Shown here one piece after another: positions 62,562 through 64,000 of a stretch of DNA of 64,000 nt (position 1 is its first letter; each line of letters opens with the position of its first letter). The notes beneath the pieces are model-generated. The model saw only the letters and a program-made list of their open reading frames with translations. It was not told where the DNA came from and ran no database searches. Source of the DNA: Octopus sinensis (Eukaryota); NCBI RefSeq assembly GCF_006345805.1, contig NC_043011.1, forward strand, positions 60,090,464 to 60,154,463. Direction: 5' to 3'. Both the position numbers and the translations under genes were made by a program.

Positions 62562-63399
62562 TGTTGACTAAAGCATGAAAACATGTAACCAAATACCACT
62601 TGCAACCGATTTGGTTAAACTGAGATGATTAAAGAAAATACTTGCTTCAGATGTCACACAGTAGGATCGATCATGGAACCATTGTAGAGTGGTTGTTTTA
62701 ATCACAGGGCCATATACAGATTCTAGAATATGTCTGATGCATATTTTCACACACACATACACACACACACGTTTTCATATATAAATTATGATCAGCAGTA
62801 TTTTATGCTGAGCTGGCAGAATCATTATAATGATGGGAAAATGCTTAGCAGTATTTCTTTCAATTTTATGTTCTGAGTTCAAATGCTGCCAGGAACAACT
62901 CTGGCTTTCATCCTTTGATAAAACAAGAACCGGTTGAGCATTAGGCTTACTGTAAGCTGACTTACCCCACTCCACCGAAGTTGTTGGCCTTGTGCAAAAA
63001 TTTAAAACCATTATTTAATGTTTTCCACACTGGCAGGAGATGAAGGGGGTGTCACAGTCCAAGTCTGTTCTTATTTGGGGTTACCATCCACTGGAAATGG
63101 ATTGAAGTGCCATGTCTTGTTCATATGCTTAGATTTCGGTTTGGTTTCTGTAGCCAGATACCATTGCTCACATCAGCCACTGTATAGAATGTACTGGGAG
63201 CATTTTCTCATAAAACCAACAATATTCGCAATAATACAAGACCGAGGACCCTCTCAACCCTGTGCTGTCTCCATTAATTCCCAATCACTGTACACAGTGT
63301 GCCGAGAGCCTTTTATTGTGGCACCAACACTAGGGAGGTTATTTGTCCTTAAAAAGACAAAGCAAGACTATCACTACTGAATATTGTCTCCATTCATGT

Positions 63400-63720
63400 A
63401 GGCCAACATGAATAATAAATTGGTAGAAGCGGGTATGATAGCTGAAGATAATATGGGGTGGAGAATGGTAATGAAGCAGGAGCTTGAAGACGGTGACAGT
63501 GAGGAGAGGCAATGCTAGGAGTAATGAGAGAGAGAGAGATAGAGAGGTGGATAATCATAAAAATGGAAGGTGATAATGTTTTGGACGTCAATGAGTGACT
63601 TGGGAGAGAGGCAGCAGTGGCCGGTAGAATAGGGCAAGAAGATGAGCAGGTAAAAGAAAGTGTGTGATGATTAGTCGAGAATATGATGGCTATCTGAAGA
63701 AGTGGAGGGTGGAAGAGGGG
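63400..63720 (-). mobile_element. Possible ancient Penelope-like RT relic
   Basis: Across frameshifts the translation gives IDVQNIIT..HY / IFSYHTRFYQFIIHVG, loosely like PLE MDVqSLYT..nFsF...YqQi.GvaMG. Purine-rich + strand, as in the PLE at 55-56 kb. Confidence 0.3.
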
Positions 63721-64000
63721 AGTGTATCAGATCTGATGCAATTCCTTGTTAATTAGGTTTTGTTATAGAGAGAGACATTAATGGCAGCTGCATATTTGCT
63801 GGGAAAAAGAGAGAGAGTGAGGGGTGGGGAAGTATCAGGTACCAACAGACCTGTGTCATTTCCCATTATTCAGGTATTACTATGAGAGAGAGAGAGAAAG
63901 AGAGAGACAAGAGAGATGGAGGGAGTTTTAATTAGTGGTGAGAGTATACAGACACACACACACACACACACACAAACATTTGATTATAAGGAGTAATCAA

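Overview
This is AT-rich, microsatellite-dense eukaryotic DNA. The SINE, RTE and Penelope repeat families point to an octopus or related coleoid cephalopod (inference from repeat content, not a database match). Only one coding exon is confidently recognised: a 69-nt minus-strand exon (42392-42460) for the second C1 domain of a type IV diacylglycerol kinase (DGKzeta/iota, rdgA-like), so most of the window is probably intronic. The rest is dozens of SINE copies from at least 4 families, a decayed RTE LINE with a mariner nested inside, a Tc1/mariner relic, piggyBac-like MITEs, a foldback MITE, a 5'-truncated Neptune-type Penelope-like element (RT plus GIY-YIG), a near-identical 1065-bp tandem duplication and many microsatellites. 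Almost all ORFs in the supplied track are microsatellite or SINE artefacts. The most interesting signal is a set of three type I hammerhead-ribozyme motifs. The best lies in a 385-bp non-coding insertion (10079-10463) with a 9-bp target-site duplication, 36-bp terminal redundancy (349-nt unit) and a long rod-like stem, as expected for a retrozyme copied from a circular or multimeric RNA.
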